Source: Bigelowiella natans CCMP2755 (Eukaryota; Protista; Cercozoa). From it: a stretch of 52,273 bases of DNA. This document shows positions 1-13,533 of this stretch, piece by piece; position 1 is the first letter of the stretch, and each line of letters opens with the position of its first letter. The notes below the pieces were generated by a model, which saw only the letters and a program-made list of their open reading frames with translations, was not told the DNA's origin and did not search any database. The stretch lies in assembly GCA_000320545.1 (NCBI GenBank), contig ADNK01000180.1:1-52273 (forward strand). Direction: 5' to 3'. The position numbers and the translations under genes are program-made.

Positions 1-20
1 GGGAGGGGGGGGGGATGTTT

Positions 21-61
<41 letters not shown>

Positions 62-160
62 TTGCCTCCTTGTCCCCTCTCATGTCATTGTCGTTCATGT
101 AGTTGTTGTTGTTGTTGTTGTTGTTATTCTCCTCCTCCTTCCTTATCAGAAGATAGTATA

Positions 161-281
161 GGAACAGTGGAATACGTGTCGCTCGATCTCGAGAGTAGAT
201 GGGCTCCTTACGTGCGGCAGCTAGGCTACAAGTTCAGACAATGGGACATCAGCAAGTATGAGATGGATAGTGATGTACATA

Positions 282-334
<53 letters not shown>

Positions 335-1667
335 TATATGTGGATGAATAGATAGATAGAATAGATAGATAGATGATGACGTATTTGTGTATATTTTCAT
401 AAGTGCTTTCAAGAATGTGTTTGTGTGTGTGTGTGTGTCTTATCAGCGTATGGATATTCACTTACACATGTCTTCTAACGTACATCATATATGTTATGTG
501 ATAGTAGTTGTTCCAATGTAGTGCTACTATTAGCATTTATTCTCATTGGTATGCTATCGTAGTAAGTAATCATCATATCTTCATCATTATCTCTTCATCA
601 GGGGTTCCTTCATAGAGGATGCGAAGCTAGCTGTCATGGGAGACGAGCACTTAAAGAAAGAAATTGAGTTAACGGGGGGCGGTACAAGTGGAGGACCTGG
701 CAACGATGATGATAACAACAAGACGTTTCTTAAATCATCCTCTTTGACGAATGTTGAAGTGGATATTGTGATCATATCGTACGTATTCTACCATTACATG
801 AGGTCTGCAGCAAGTTACGACATGTTGGCTAGTTATCTCAAATCGCCAGTTTCATCAAAGAATGGAAGAGGCAAAGCGGTAACTCTTGGAACAACTGAAG
901 ATAAACGCACACACACACACATATACACATAAATCATCCCAAAACATGGTTAATTATTATTTTCTGGGATATCGACACATTATGTGAGCAGCGCTGATGC
1001 ATATTGGTAGAAGTAGCATCAATGCTGCTCATCTGAACTTTTACACATTACTTACACCATAAGTTTTGTTAAATAAATACAAATTATTTTAGATGCTCAT
1101 TTGTGCTTAGTGTGTGGTAGGTAATCGTGGCATGTATCATTTGTATTTCGAAATAATATTATGTGTGTAGAATCTGCATGGTTGATGTCTTCTTGGGTTG
1201 TTGTACGTTGCGTTGTTGGTTTTGCTGCTGCTATGGTGGGATGGGCCAATGGGGTGAGGCGATTTGTTGATGGTTATTTCATTGGAAGGAGAGAGAATGA
1301 TGACGATAATGATAATGAAGATGAAGACGAGGATGGTTCTAACTATAACCTATTATTATCATAAGGTCCTGATCAGCTCCCGTTTCGAGTATCTTGGCGA
1401 TGAGGTTCGTGCCCTTGAGTCCCGCGGCCTAAAAGTAGTGAAGTTGATCGATCAGGTAGTATGATGATGACTGAGACGGATAATCATCATCATCATCATC
1501 AAGTAGGAGCTAGTATGTTTGTGTACCATGCCACTCCACATACATTATACTCCTAAGACTATTTATTATATTAAAAAAATGTGATGTTCACAATTCTCAA
1601 AGGGCATGGGCACTGACGATCGGCAGCTTGTCGTTGTAGCTAAAGGGGGGCCGTTGGACAGCATCGA

Positions 1668-1702
<35 letters not shown>

Positions 1703-2758
1703 CGTCAAACCCCCCTTTTGGGCAACAGCAGAAGCACAAATCTGCTGCTTCATTTCCGAATGTTCCCTACGAAGAGCACAAGCCGAAAAGGATGATGAAG
1801 ATGCGGCAGAGAGGAAGAATGAGAGGTGGGGGATATAATAACCATCGCCCTCACCACCGGGCGAGGGGGGGTTATCATCATCGTCAAATAATAGAGAAAA
1901 GGAGGAACAACCACAAAGAAGGAGGCGAAATCGGAGGAAGCAGTAATAGGAGAGGAGAAGAGCGTTCCCACAAGGTATCTAGGAGATGCGAAAGTGATGG
2001 AGGTCGACGATGGTCCTCCTTCACTTCTAACACAAAATCTGGCGATCTCCGCAGCGCTGGTAATTCTCGTATTAATAATAGCAGTAGAAGCAGCAATCAC
2101 CGACCTTCTCGCGACAGTAATGAGTGGAACCGAAGATGGCGAGGGAAAGAAGATATAGCGAAGGACGACGAGTCATCCTTTAGAAAACAACGGGAAAGAG
2201 GATTCCACAGTAGTAGTAGAAGTAGTAACAAAGGAGACGCTGCTGATTCATCTGGAAAGTACCACCGGCGTCACGTAAATCATCATAATAATGAAAACGA
2301 CAGCGAGCGTCTCCATCGGCAGAAGTTAGAGAGATACAAAGAAACGTTCCGTCGAGTGCATGAAGAGGCTCTGGACGAGCTGTCCGCACTCCGGCGCCGG
2401 TCATCTGCTGCTGCCATTGACTGCAGGGCCACGCGTCCTCTCCACTATGTGCTGGAGTTGTACGATAAGTTCCGTCGTGAGGCCAGGGAGCCGGACATCA
2501 AAAAAGCGGTCGCAGTGTGCACTTGTTTGCCTGTTTGAAAGAGATTGGGAGTAATGATACTCATATTGAATATTTTACACGTGTAAATATAACGTTCAGG
2601 TGTGGTTGTGTGGAAGGCGTGGAGACAAGCTCATCAGAATGCTTAGTGAATGGATAAAGGATCTCAAAAATACAGATAATAAACCTATGGAAGCCGTTGC
2701 CTCAAGTGTTCGGGATAGGCTGTGCCAAATGAAGGCGATTTCGAGCAAAGTGTGGTAA
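161..2758 (+). CDS. 5'-partial multi-exon gene: putative SAM-dependent methyltransferase-like domain followed by an R/S/H-rich low-complexity region
   Basis: Spliced reading GTVEYVSLDLESRWAPYVRQLGYKFRQWDIS / ...EVDIVIISYVFYHYM / VLISSRFEYLGDEVRALESRGLKVVKLIDQ / GMGTDDRQLVVVAK...REPDIKKA / (2600) VWLCGRRGD...AISSKVW* (TAA 2756-2758), with GT-AG junctions. The methyltransferase call rests only on Rossmann-like motifs (acidic SLDLE, DIVIISYV). Confidence 0.5.
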
Positions 2759-4010
2759 TTCTGCGATGAAGAATAATACACCTGAGCTAGCAAGTTTGCA
2801 GTGACAAAGTTGAATCATGATCACGCGCGAAACCTTGAGATGAGAGTAAGTTTTGTGACACATGTTATAAGGACAAGTCACACGCCATGCATGGCGCAAT
2901 CAATAGTTGCGGTGAGTTGTTTTTTTTTCATGACGCAATTGGCTACGCGTATGCATCTACAATGTCACGTGTGTGTGCATGACCTAGATGACGAGCTTGT
3001 TGAAGTGATTAATTTTTGAAAATGTAGATGATCTTGTGTAGCTACATGCTAGCATGTGTGCAAATTGCGGCTACAGCACAGACTCCATGCCAGTGTGATT
3101 CATTTTTTCTGTGGTCATCCTGAGTCTGGCTAACTGTCAACACAAATTTGGATCAATTTGACACATCTAAACATGCATATGAGACAGATGCAATGATGTG
3201 ATCAAATCTTTTCAACAGTCATCGCTAGGCCGTGATGCAGCTGCACAGATCAATGGACAAGGCAATGCAATGTGAGGTCACGTGCGTGCACGTCCACACA
3301 CACACTGACAAAAGCAATGCCACAGCGCTGTGCATTGCTAGATTGGGACGACCGTTGAAAAAATGTGCGCAATCATCTCATCACACACCCACTAGCCCGT
3401 CCCACATGCACGTGGGGATGCACTTCCAGACGCATGCTGGCACGTGTGTGCGCGGGTGTGTGTGTGTGCATGTGTGTGCGTGTGTGCTGGTGTGCCAGTG
3501 GTGTGTGTGTGTGCAGTCATGCATCACAACATGTGCATGCTTGCACATGCTGTCTAGCACACAACTGTGTGGTCATCCATGCACTGATTGTTGCACAAGA
3601 ACACTTGTTCACTTTTGTCTCACACACGTCGCAAGTCAAACGATCTTGGTCTTGTCAATCAGCGATCAAGCCGATCTAGCGACCTGCAATGATCACCTCT
3701 GCGTGCAATCACCTCTCCGTGTGATCACCGTCGCAGAGCATGCATCAGGCACACATTCACTTTGAGCTTGGTTTCAGAATGGAGAAGATGTGGACTGCGT
3801 TGCATGAGCATGCATCCAGTCGAGATTGCACCTAGTTGAGCGGTCTGCAAAAATGAAGAGAGAAGGCAAAAGAAAAAATTGACAAAAAAAGAAGAGAGAA
3901 TTCCCTGGACATTTTGAGTACGACTAGGAAAAATTTTCTGGAAGATGCATTTTCTCAAAAAAAAGAGAAACGAGGAAAAAAAGTAGTAGAGACTCTAGTT
4001 TACGACTCGT
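2759..4010. other. Convergent intergenic spacer S1, rich in short palindromes and RY alternation
   Basis: Dense TGCA, CATG, GCTAGC, CACGTG and TGTG/CACA; no credible ORF; lies between the gene 1 stop and the tRNA 3' end. Confidence 0.7.
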
Positions 4011-4012
4011 AT

Positions 4013-4018
4013 AAAAAA
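4013..4018 (-). terminator. Pol III oligo-T terminator of tRNA-Ala
   Basis: T6 on the minus strand, 2 nt after the tRNA discriminator base. Confidence 0.8.
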
Positions 4019-4020
4019 GG

Positions 4021-4093
4021 TGGAGAAGCCAGGTATCGATCCCGGTACCTCGTGCATGCTAAGCACGCGCGCTACCATTTGTGCCACTTCCCC
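4021..4093 (-). tRNA. tRNA-Ala(AGC)
   Basis: Reverse complement GGGGAAGTGGCACAAATGGTAGCGCGCGTGCTTAGCATGCACGAGGTACCGGGATCGATACCTGGCTTCTCCA folds as a 73-nt cloverleaf. It has the G3:U70 alanine identity pair, anticodon arm CGTGC-TTAGCAT-GCACG, and an A54-type T loop typical of eukaryotic tRNA-Ala. Confidence 0.95.
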
Positions 4094-4794
4094 ACAGTTG
4101 GTGTTCTGATACTTGGAGCTAAGAATACTGATAGACTATATCATTACATATTTGCAGGGGCTTTCTTCGAAATTCAATTGATCTGATGAGAAACCGAAAA
4201 ATAAAATTGGTCAGGAATGCATGTACAGGTATGCTGGATCTATCGCCCGTAACAACACTTTCATGAATGAACAGGGGATAAACACTGAATCCGTCTTAAG
4301 TTTAAACATGTCGTCATGTGTTTTGCCTGTTTTTGTCCATACCCAGTTCGTTTAACGGAATGCCGTTCTTAGACACATAGAACAAATATAGGATAGAGGC
4401 TATAATTACTGAACGACAACCGATAAATTATGTCGCTTAAAATTGTCTCAAATACATCATCCTCGCAATTTTTTGGGCGTAAGTGCTCATGAGCGAGCCC
4501 CCCCCTTGACAGGGAACAGCCGCATTAGGGATAGCCTAGAATTCAAATATTGTTCTGGAGCAAGAAAAACGGAGGTCAGTAGAAACCAGGGAAAAAAATT
4601 AAACAAATGAATAAAGTTAGACGACAGATCATTGTCATGAGGGAAAATCTTCAAATCTGATTGAGGAGGAAGTGACCAAAGCGAATAGAAGACACATGAC
4701 TAATGGCTGATACATATTGTCAGGAGGAGGGAGGGAGGAGGGATCATTAAAAGGTTGGAAGCGAAAGAGCGCTACTGCCTGATTCTGAGATAAT

Positions 4795-5070
4795 ATGGAC
4801 CAACCTTTCTTCAAACGATGCTTGTCTTGTCACAGGAGCGAGATTAAGAATGTGTAAGAAGTCAATTTACCACGAAATGTTTCACCTCTTTGAGGAACAT
4901 CTTCTCAAATCTACCCCTCGACATCTTCTCCTATGCCTTCTCTCTCTCTATCGCGCGCGCGCGTGTGTGCGTCTGTCTCGCCACAAAATTATATCTGGCA
5001 TCAGATGTGTGTGACGGCACATGAATTTACATACACATACACCATATACCATAAATTAAATATATATATT

Positions 5071-5148
<78 letters not shown>

Positions 5149-6200
5149 CTGTGCGATGGTGTTAGTGTTTAATTTTGATTATTGATTTAATTGGGTAGTA
5201 TATATATAAGTATCCGACATAGTGCTGCCTATCTTACTTACTTACTTACTACGTTCCTAGGCGAGACCCTGTCAAGGGGAACTGGCAGGAATGTGCCTTC
5301 TGCCATCAGGTGGTTGAAGAGCGACAACCGAAATTGAAGCACACGACATTTTCGGTGTATCGCTGGAAGCCGTTTGCACAGAGTGAAGGAGTCAATGAAG
5401 CTTCCTCATTAGGAGAACAACTATCCTCCTCCGAGTCTACCAAAATAACATCTCAAAGTGCCAAGCATCTTGACGATGATTTTGATACTTGCTTCTCAAT
5501 TATGCCAAGTGATTTCTACTCTATCGATCTGGCATTCTCAAGGTGCGGATGATTGCATAATTTATCTTCCCCTTTCTCATATGCACTATCGTATTATATC
5601 ACGTTTATATATGTTGGGTACTACCTTAGGAGCATTCCAGGTGATGTCATTGAATTGCAGAAGTTAGTTGGGGACTATTTCTCCCCGAACGGAGGACAGC
5701 AAAACGATAACATTATGATTGGATATGTGACTATCAAAGAACTATGCACCACTTTTGGCACCCCGCTACGGAGTACAAAGGCTGTGCATTTGTTCTTACG
5801 GTGTGTTTCATCGTCAATTCAAGACCAACTCACAAATTTCGAGGCTCTTGCAGTCGCCTCTTATGCTGTAGTAGAGTGTGAGGAGTATCAAGATATGGCT
5901 GAGAAGGTTCACACCACTCCTCCCGCCGCTGTGAGTGCTACTACTAATAGTACTACTACTACTACTACTAGTAGTAGTAGTAGCGCAACCACCAAATGTG
6001 GGGGAGATCCTCCCCCCCCCCCCCCTCCCCTTTCTTCTCAACGTGGTAACGAGGAGCACACTGCTGTAATTGGTAGTAGCCTTAAACCAAGAGAAAGACG
6101 TTCAGAGATACCACCTTCCTCCTCCTCCTCCTCCTCCTCAATATCAGTTCCAGCATCTAGTTCTCATACAAGCAACTTCTACCTAAATCAAACACAACAA

Positions 6201-6237
<37 letters not shown>

Positions 6238-6790
6238 GACAGGGAGGCATGCAACCACCACCACCATCACCACCACCACCACCTCCTCCACAATCTTCCC
6301 GTCATCATCATCACATCTCACTACTACCATCAACGGATACCAAACGTAGTATGATGATGCGTGTAACTTGGGCGGCTGTGATGGCAGAGGCCAAGCGCAA
6401 AACTACGAAGAATGCGAACATATCAGAATCCGAAATCCAGAAACACATTGGCATGATTCGTAATGTGCTTAATAACGAGCCTGTCGTAGTCGAAGCATTG
6501 CGAAAATCCATGTCAAAATACTTTAAAGATCTTTCTCTCGAGAAGGATACCGCCACGCTCGCCGCCCATATTGGAAATCAAGCGGTGAAGCGCCATCTTT
6601 GTTATCGTAGAAACAGGTGAGGAGGAGGAGGAGGAGGAGGAGGAGGAGGAGCAGAGTCACCAATTAGTGTTGTTATCGACTATGTCAGCAGGCAGCTAGT
6701 AGCAGCATTTTGGATGATGCGTTTCATTTTAGATATCATCAGCATCATCATCATCATCATTCTTTTATGACTATTGTTAGGAAGTAGCTC

Positions 6791-6828
<38 letters not shown>

Positions 6829-7630
6829 ACTCGAGCAATCCTTTATTCTTATGGTCAAACGTAGTAGTAGTAACCCCTTTTTCTCGGTATTTGGTCCTCC
6901 AATTTTGATCATTCTTTATCTATTTACTGCTTCCTCTATATTCTCCCCCATAGCATTCCTCCTCCATCATCCTACTAACTTAGTACCTACTTCTACTACT
7001 ACTATTTACTACAAACAACACAGCTCGAGCCTCTCTGCAGCTTCGGTATACCTTGCATGCCAGTTGCAAGGTATGAGGACCACGCAAAACAGCTTTTGTA
7101 AGATTGTCGGACTCACGGAGGTAACGTTACGGAAAGTCTACAAGGAGCTCAAGAACCACTGGCCGCAGCTAGTTCCTGATAACTACAAGCCTTTTAGGGT
7201 CCCAAATGGATTGAAGGCACCCCTTAGTCACCAACGCCCTCCACCCCCCCCTCCCCCCAAGCGCTCGACGTCTACCCAACAGCAGCCTACTATAATCTCT
7301 TCGGGGGCACCATCATCATCATCATCATCGTCGTCGTCTTCTTCTATATCAGGAGTTAACGCTTATCATCATCATAGATCTCAATTATCATCCATGGTGG
7401 GTTCTGCTTCAGTCTCTCCTGCTGCATCATCATCATCCAATGTATGTACTTGTCACATCAACTTATTTGATTTCGTACTACAACAATGGCATTTGTAGTG
7501 TACATGTGTGGGGAGGACGGCTTAGTTTATACGTCGCTCACCGCTCAAAAACTTATGTTGATGTCGTTTTGTCTAGGGAGTGAGAGTGTGTGTGTGTGTG
7601 TGTGTGTGTCTTTCTCTATCCGTTGCCATC

Positions 7631-7676
<46 letters not shown>

Positions 7677-8248
7677 AACAGGGTGGAGCTGGTCCTTTGC
7701 CACCCCGTACACGCCCCACCCATTACGGTTGGAAGGAAAGCACACAGCGGCAGCAGCAACAACAACAACAACGGAAGGTGGTTTTGGTTGCTAGCAAGGG
7801 CTATGACCTTGTAGATGGTCTTCAAGACTTTCAAGTTCCGAAGCAATACACGAGTGATGGTAGGGATATATGGGCCAAGGAAGAAGGAGGAGGAGGAAGA
7901 AGAATAAGTGATGCTGCAGTCGAGCTGCTACAGGAGTATCCGCGACCTAAGGAAGTATATGCTGCTCTATCAGCTCAATGTAGTGGTAGTAGTAGTAGTA
8001 GTAGTAGTAGTAAGGGAATGATAAGCCGGCATAACAACGTCACTGTGGTCTCCAACAAGACGGTGCAGCAGATGCAAAAGAATACTACTAGTACCTTCCC
8101 GCCGCATCCTCCGCCTAAGGAGCTTGTTGTTACAACGCCAGGGACAACAAGAAAACTCGTCACTACGCTCGAAACAAACCTCATTCAGCAATTCGATTCC
8201 TTTGGAAACAACATCAGAGAGCCGAATAAAAGAGAGAATAATATGTAA
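4795..8248 (+). CDS. PBRP: pBRP-type ('plant-specific') TFIIB-related protein, multi-exon
   Basis: Zn ribbon MDQPFFKRCLSCHRSEIKNV/RDPVKGNWQECAFCHQVVEERQ. Second cyclin repeat ATLAAHIGNQAVKRHLCYRRN/SSSLSAASVYLACQLQGMRTTQNSFCKIVGLTEVTLRKVYKELKNHWPQLVPDNYKP closely matches the Arabidopsis pBRP motif as recalled (…CTRRNPISISAAAIYLACQL…GLTEVTLRKVYKELLENW…). Contains polyQ/P/S inserts. Confidence 0.85.
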
Positions 8249-9365
8249 GGACTACTTGGATAAAATTTCCCTCATCGCCAAGGTCATTTATCGTCAGTTA
8301 TTGTTGATGGTATGAACCAGGTTCAAAGGCAAATCATATGAATGTACATTATATTCTAGTTTCATGTGTATTATCATTTTCATTACATTTATCGTCTTTT
8401 ATTGCCACATTCCTAGAGGAAGGTGTGGCAAATTACGTTGAGTAACTGACAGTGTGAACATTAATCTTGTTCTTAAGAAGTGAACTACTATCACACTTGT
8501 TACCTACCATTGGTTTCGATGTTGGAACATTGCATGCATATCTGCTGTTTTGCGAGTGATACGGCACGATGATGTCGTACATGCATAGCTAGATAGTCAA
8601 GAGCACGCAGGCTAGCAGGCACCGTTTCGAATTGTGTATCTAGATGTACATACAGGCATGATCATAATGAGCGACATCCGCGTCACAAAAAGTAAATGGT
8701 CATGTGCGCAACGTAGTTGTGCTAGCTAGCGTCATCTAGTCATCGGACTCCAGCACCGCCGCGCGCGCAAGCTAGCAAGACCGCAGCGCACAGCTCAAGC
8801 TAGAGCTAAACACCGCATGAGGTAGCAACATGGCTAGCAGATAGCGCAGCACGGCTAGCCGGGAGTGCAGTGCACATCTCAGATGTCTCAGAAACGAGCG
8901 TTCATTGTGTTGTGATAACTACAAACCTTGCTTACTAGCTTATTTCGCATCATGCTAGCATGTCGCTATCTAGCTATGTCTAGATGTGCATGTGGCTGAC
9001 ATCATGCTAGATCACTGTCGCTAGCTGTGTGTGCATTCATCGTAGCATCATGAACTATGGCAGTCTAGTAGTGAAGCCAGGTGAGCCAAATGTGCATAGC
9101 AATCGATGTCTAGATGTGCCTGCTAGCTATAGCTACCATGCGTTTGCATTATTACTACATACTGCCGCGAATGTATAATGATGGCATTGCAACAAGCAAG
9201 GTAACAAAGCATTGCAGAGTAGTAATCAGACGAAATAAGCAAGCTGCGAGTGCGTGCGTGAACGTCAAACAATCTATAAATCATGTTAGCTATTTCTGCT
9301 ACTTAGCAGGAATAAACGGGATATAGCATAATCTATTTACTATTGTCGTACATGGAGTGGCTATT
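8249..9365. other. Convergent intergenic spacer S2, palindrome-rich (core about 8530-9310)
   Basis: Numerous GCTAGC, TCTAGA, AGCT, TGCA and CATG; microsatellites absent. Confidence 0.75.
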
Positions 9366-12300
9366 TCAAAAGGAATCAACCTTTATAACATTTGGAGAGC
9401 TGTAGGAATCGCTCCAGATTAGCTCTTCCTCTTCGCCAATCTGTTAAGTTTATACATCCTCATTCGTAGAAAGAATGGTCAGGGCAAAATGTGGTCACCA
9501 TCACAAGATCGCCTTCCTTAACACCAGCCTTTTTCAACGCTTTGTAAATCTGTAATAATATAAATAAATTTTATGCGAAATTGGTTCATCACTAATATGT
9601 TAGCATTACCCCCATTGCCCGCATAACAGTTTCGAAGCGCTCCACAGCGTCTCTGTTTATAAACACATATTGTCTTCTGAATCATCATAAAAATGTTGGT
9701 TGATCTTCGACCTGTACTCCCATTTTGTCATTTGTGCTAGCTTTTCAATCTTTGGGCTCGAAATCTGACAGCAGGAGAACCATTGTATCGTACTATGATC
9801 ATCCTTTTTGTCAAGAAACGAATAAGACTACACATCATCATTATTATCACCTTGTAAATCTTGCTGTCTAGCTGGTCAATCTGGTACGTAGGAACGACCT
9901 GAAATTACGAAGAAGCAACATACTCAAAATAGGTGTCAAAATAACCAAAGAAAAGAATCTAATTACTGTAGTCTGGGTTCTTTTCTTCTGTTGCTGTTTC
10001 TTCGAAACCTTGCCTTTGTTTCAGGAATAAAATGAATGAGGACATTCTCAAAGGCGATGCCTTGCAAAATACCTTGCGCCTCTGCGATCTCTTCTTGTAT
10101 TTTCTCCCGATTTCGCTCTTTTGTATCTTCCTCTATCATTCTAATATAAGCCAAATATGATAATAATGCTCAAGTTACCAATGTATCACTACCATTTAGA
10201 GAAATGATGATGACTCAAAAGTAAAGAAGACCGTTGGATAAGAGTGTTCGTATCACTGGATCGACCTATTATTCAAAGTAGACGACAACATCATGCGTGG
10301 TAGTATTATTATTACGGATTGTTGTTCAAATATGAGATCTGCTGTTTAGTAAATATTGAATCACCACCACCACCACCACGAGCAGCACCTTGTGCAGCAG
10401 TGAGTGACATCACAGGCATTCCTAGATTCTCAAAATGAGCTTTTATCTCGGGCCACTTATCTTGTGCTTCGGGGAGATCCATCTTGTTATAAACCTAGAC
10501 AGGTAGTGGGAATAGTAGTAGTGAGAAGAAAGTAATTAGGCTATTTTGCTGGTGCTGCTGCATTATTAAATGACTACTGACGAATAGTTTGTTGATGCAA
10601 CAATAACCTACCACGATTTGGGGTTTTGCTAGCATTCCAGGACTTGGATGATTGGACAATGACGCAAATAATAAGTAAGCAATTAGTACAATGATCATAT
10701 GCTGACAAATAGTTAATGGCATACGAGTAAATAGACTGATATATTATTCCTAACTAGTAATATGGTAATAGTACTAGTAAATACACCTAAAGAGTTCCAA
10801 CTCCTGCTGGATGGCTTGGTAGTCGTACAAGGGATCGGGACGATCTCCACTCAATAGATGAATGATGACTCGACATCTATCACAATAATAATCATAATCA
10901 TCATCATCATCATCAGAGAGCGTCATTTACTTAATCATCACTCGAAACAATGGTGGCAACTATGGTGATAATTTGGATGACTACTGTTTCTAGACATATT
11001 TAAAAAAAATAAATAAACAATGATAGCAAATAACACATTAGATACGGTAAAAACCCTAAGCAATCAAATAGAAACCGTCGCTCACTCCTTCTTCCTTCTC
11101 TTCCTCCTCGTCCTACTACTACTATTACTATTGTTGCTCTACTTCTACTTCTATCACGACAAACCACCTCTCCACGTGTCTTAAGAACTCAATTCCTAAT
11201 CCCTTGCCTTGATGTGCTCCTTCTAACAATCCTATTTAATGAATGAATGTAGTACATGATGCTGATTCCATTCTTAAATTAAGGATCGAAGACAACATAT
11301 CAGCATCGTATATTATTTAGTGCAAGCAAAAATCAGTAACCTGGAATATCTGCCACGACGATAGATTTGTAGCTGTTCAAACCAAGAACCATATTGGTGG
11401 ACAAACACAGTGAGATATATACAACCCGTCGTTGTCACACATAACAACAAAATCAACTATTATTTTTTAAGTTGTTCGAATAATTGTTCTTTGTGCTTTT
11501 ACTACTCACTCGTGACGGCATACACCAAGATTTGGTGCAAGAGTCGTGAAAGGATACGCTCCAACCTAGTAACAATTAGTATAATAGTCAGAATCAATCA
11601 TGACAAGTAGTATGTGTTTACATTAAAGAAAATATGGAGAAGAACACAGGTGGAAGAAGAGGGTGATTATAGGAAGTATCAGGTATGCGACAACGACGAT
11701 ATGAAAAATTACTAGTAGTACTATAAAACAAAGATATATTATTACTTTTGTTTGTGCTCTTCCGTCTGTCATTGCGTTGAGGAGAGTTGATTTCCCTGCA
11801 CTAGGAACTAGAAGAAGATGATGTAGTAGCAGCAAATAAGAAGGTGCTAATAATAAATAAGACTATAGCAGTAGTAGTAGTGGCGGTGGAAGTGGTAGTA
11901 GTAGTACGTAAACAGCATTTAAGGGACAACATGAAGGATAAATGGATGGATGGATAGATGGAAATGATCCCTGACTATCAACAATTCAAATCGTTCATTT
12001 AGTTAATTACTTACCTCCAACGATGCCGACATCTGCAACAAGTTTCAGCTCAAGAAGGAGCCATTGCTCCTTGCCCTTTTCTCCAGCTTCGGCGTATCTT
12101 TTTTAACATCACACGTGTCGTCGTCGTAAATGATAAGACGCCACAAGTGAAGAATATATAACGATGCATGCATAACATAGCACTGCCCTCTCATGTCATT
12201 ACTACAATTATAATAGGATCATCATCATCATCATCATCTGCAGCAGATAGTACCAGACGTCGTATTGTTATCATAATCATTTGGATGCTATATAGTTTTA

Positions 12301-13293
12301 AATAAATCGCACTTCAATTTTTCTTATCACATGCAGGACATCGATGTGAGTTCATTCCTTCTTCTTCTTCTATGTTGCTGCAACTAGAAGCTCATCCGTG
12401 CACTTACTCTGTAAATATCCCTTTTACTGGTTTAAGAACATGGTTTCCAAGACCTGGTTTATCGTCATTATTATCTATCATCTATTATCATCGAGTACAG
12501 AGAGGAGAGAGAGAGAGAGATAAAGATGCCCTACTACGTAAATTAGTAGCATCTACAGCAGAACGACGACGACGACGACGATGATGATGATGATGATGAC
12601 GATGATGACGATGATGATGATGATGATGACGATGATGATGACGACGACGATGATGATGATGATGATGATGACGATGATGATGATGACGATGATGATGATG
12701 ATGACGATGATGATGATTATGATGATGATGATTACAACGACGACGACAGCACAATAACAACATGCCTACTCCGCCTCCTCCTCCTCCTACTACTACAGAT
12801 GGATTGAACATATTCAAGAGGGAGACCTCCATCTCCGCCTTTTGCTACGAGCATTGTGTCGCCATTCTCTGATTATTTCCATTTAACAATTTTGAATCAT
12901 CATAAAGTAGTAATTCATTCATTCTCCATTGTCGAATTTGTTCTCTCCCCTCCCTACCCCCCTCCCTCTTGTTGTTTGTCGTTCAAACACATTACTCTTC
13001 TTACACAGCTATGGATGTAGTATTTGATAGTTGTTGATCATATAATAGTTGTAATGCACACTAATACGGAATCATCATCATCATCATCATCATCTTTTGG
13101 TTCGTCTTTTCTGGTCTACTACAATGCGGTATCCGGCTGCTGGTGCTGCTGCTACAACGACAACAACAATAGCCTACTAGCAGTTGTAGAGTAGTATTAC
13201 CAACTAGGTCTCCTAACATCTCCCCTCGTTGATCAGGATGATACTGATCTGCTGCATACACTAGGGTGCCTGGAGGTACCTAATTTGAGATTG

Positions 13294-13328
<35 letters not shown>

Positions 13329-13497
13329 GTGATGGTAATAGGGTTGGAGAGAGGAGAGACAACACAAACAACAACAGCTCGTCGTCGTATGATTTGTTGT
13401 TACTGAGGTTTATAAATTGATTTACAGCAACTATCTATTTTTAAACAATCAACTTATCATTATAATTATCACTACTATCGAGAAGGACCCAGCAGCA

Positions 13498-13533
<36 letters not shown>

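Noticed and set aside
3232-3765. 177-aa Cys/His/Val-rich ORF
   Set aside because: Composition follows from the TG/CA-rich spacer; no domain motifs or splice context.
4060-4085. tRNA-Ala as a pseudogene because of the A12:C23 D-stem mismatch
   Set aside because: All other arms, the identity elements, the A/B boxes and the terminator are intact.
4205-4320. Possible box C/D snoRNA on the minus strand (ATGACGA…CTGA)
   Set aside because: Imperfect C box, no terminal stem and no recognisable rRNA guide.
12488-12832. Poly-His/Arg ORF
   Set aside because: Translation of an intronic (GAT/GAC)n microsatellite within Obg.
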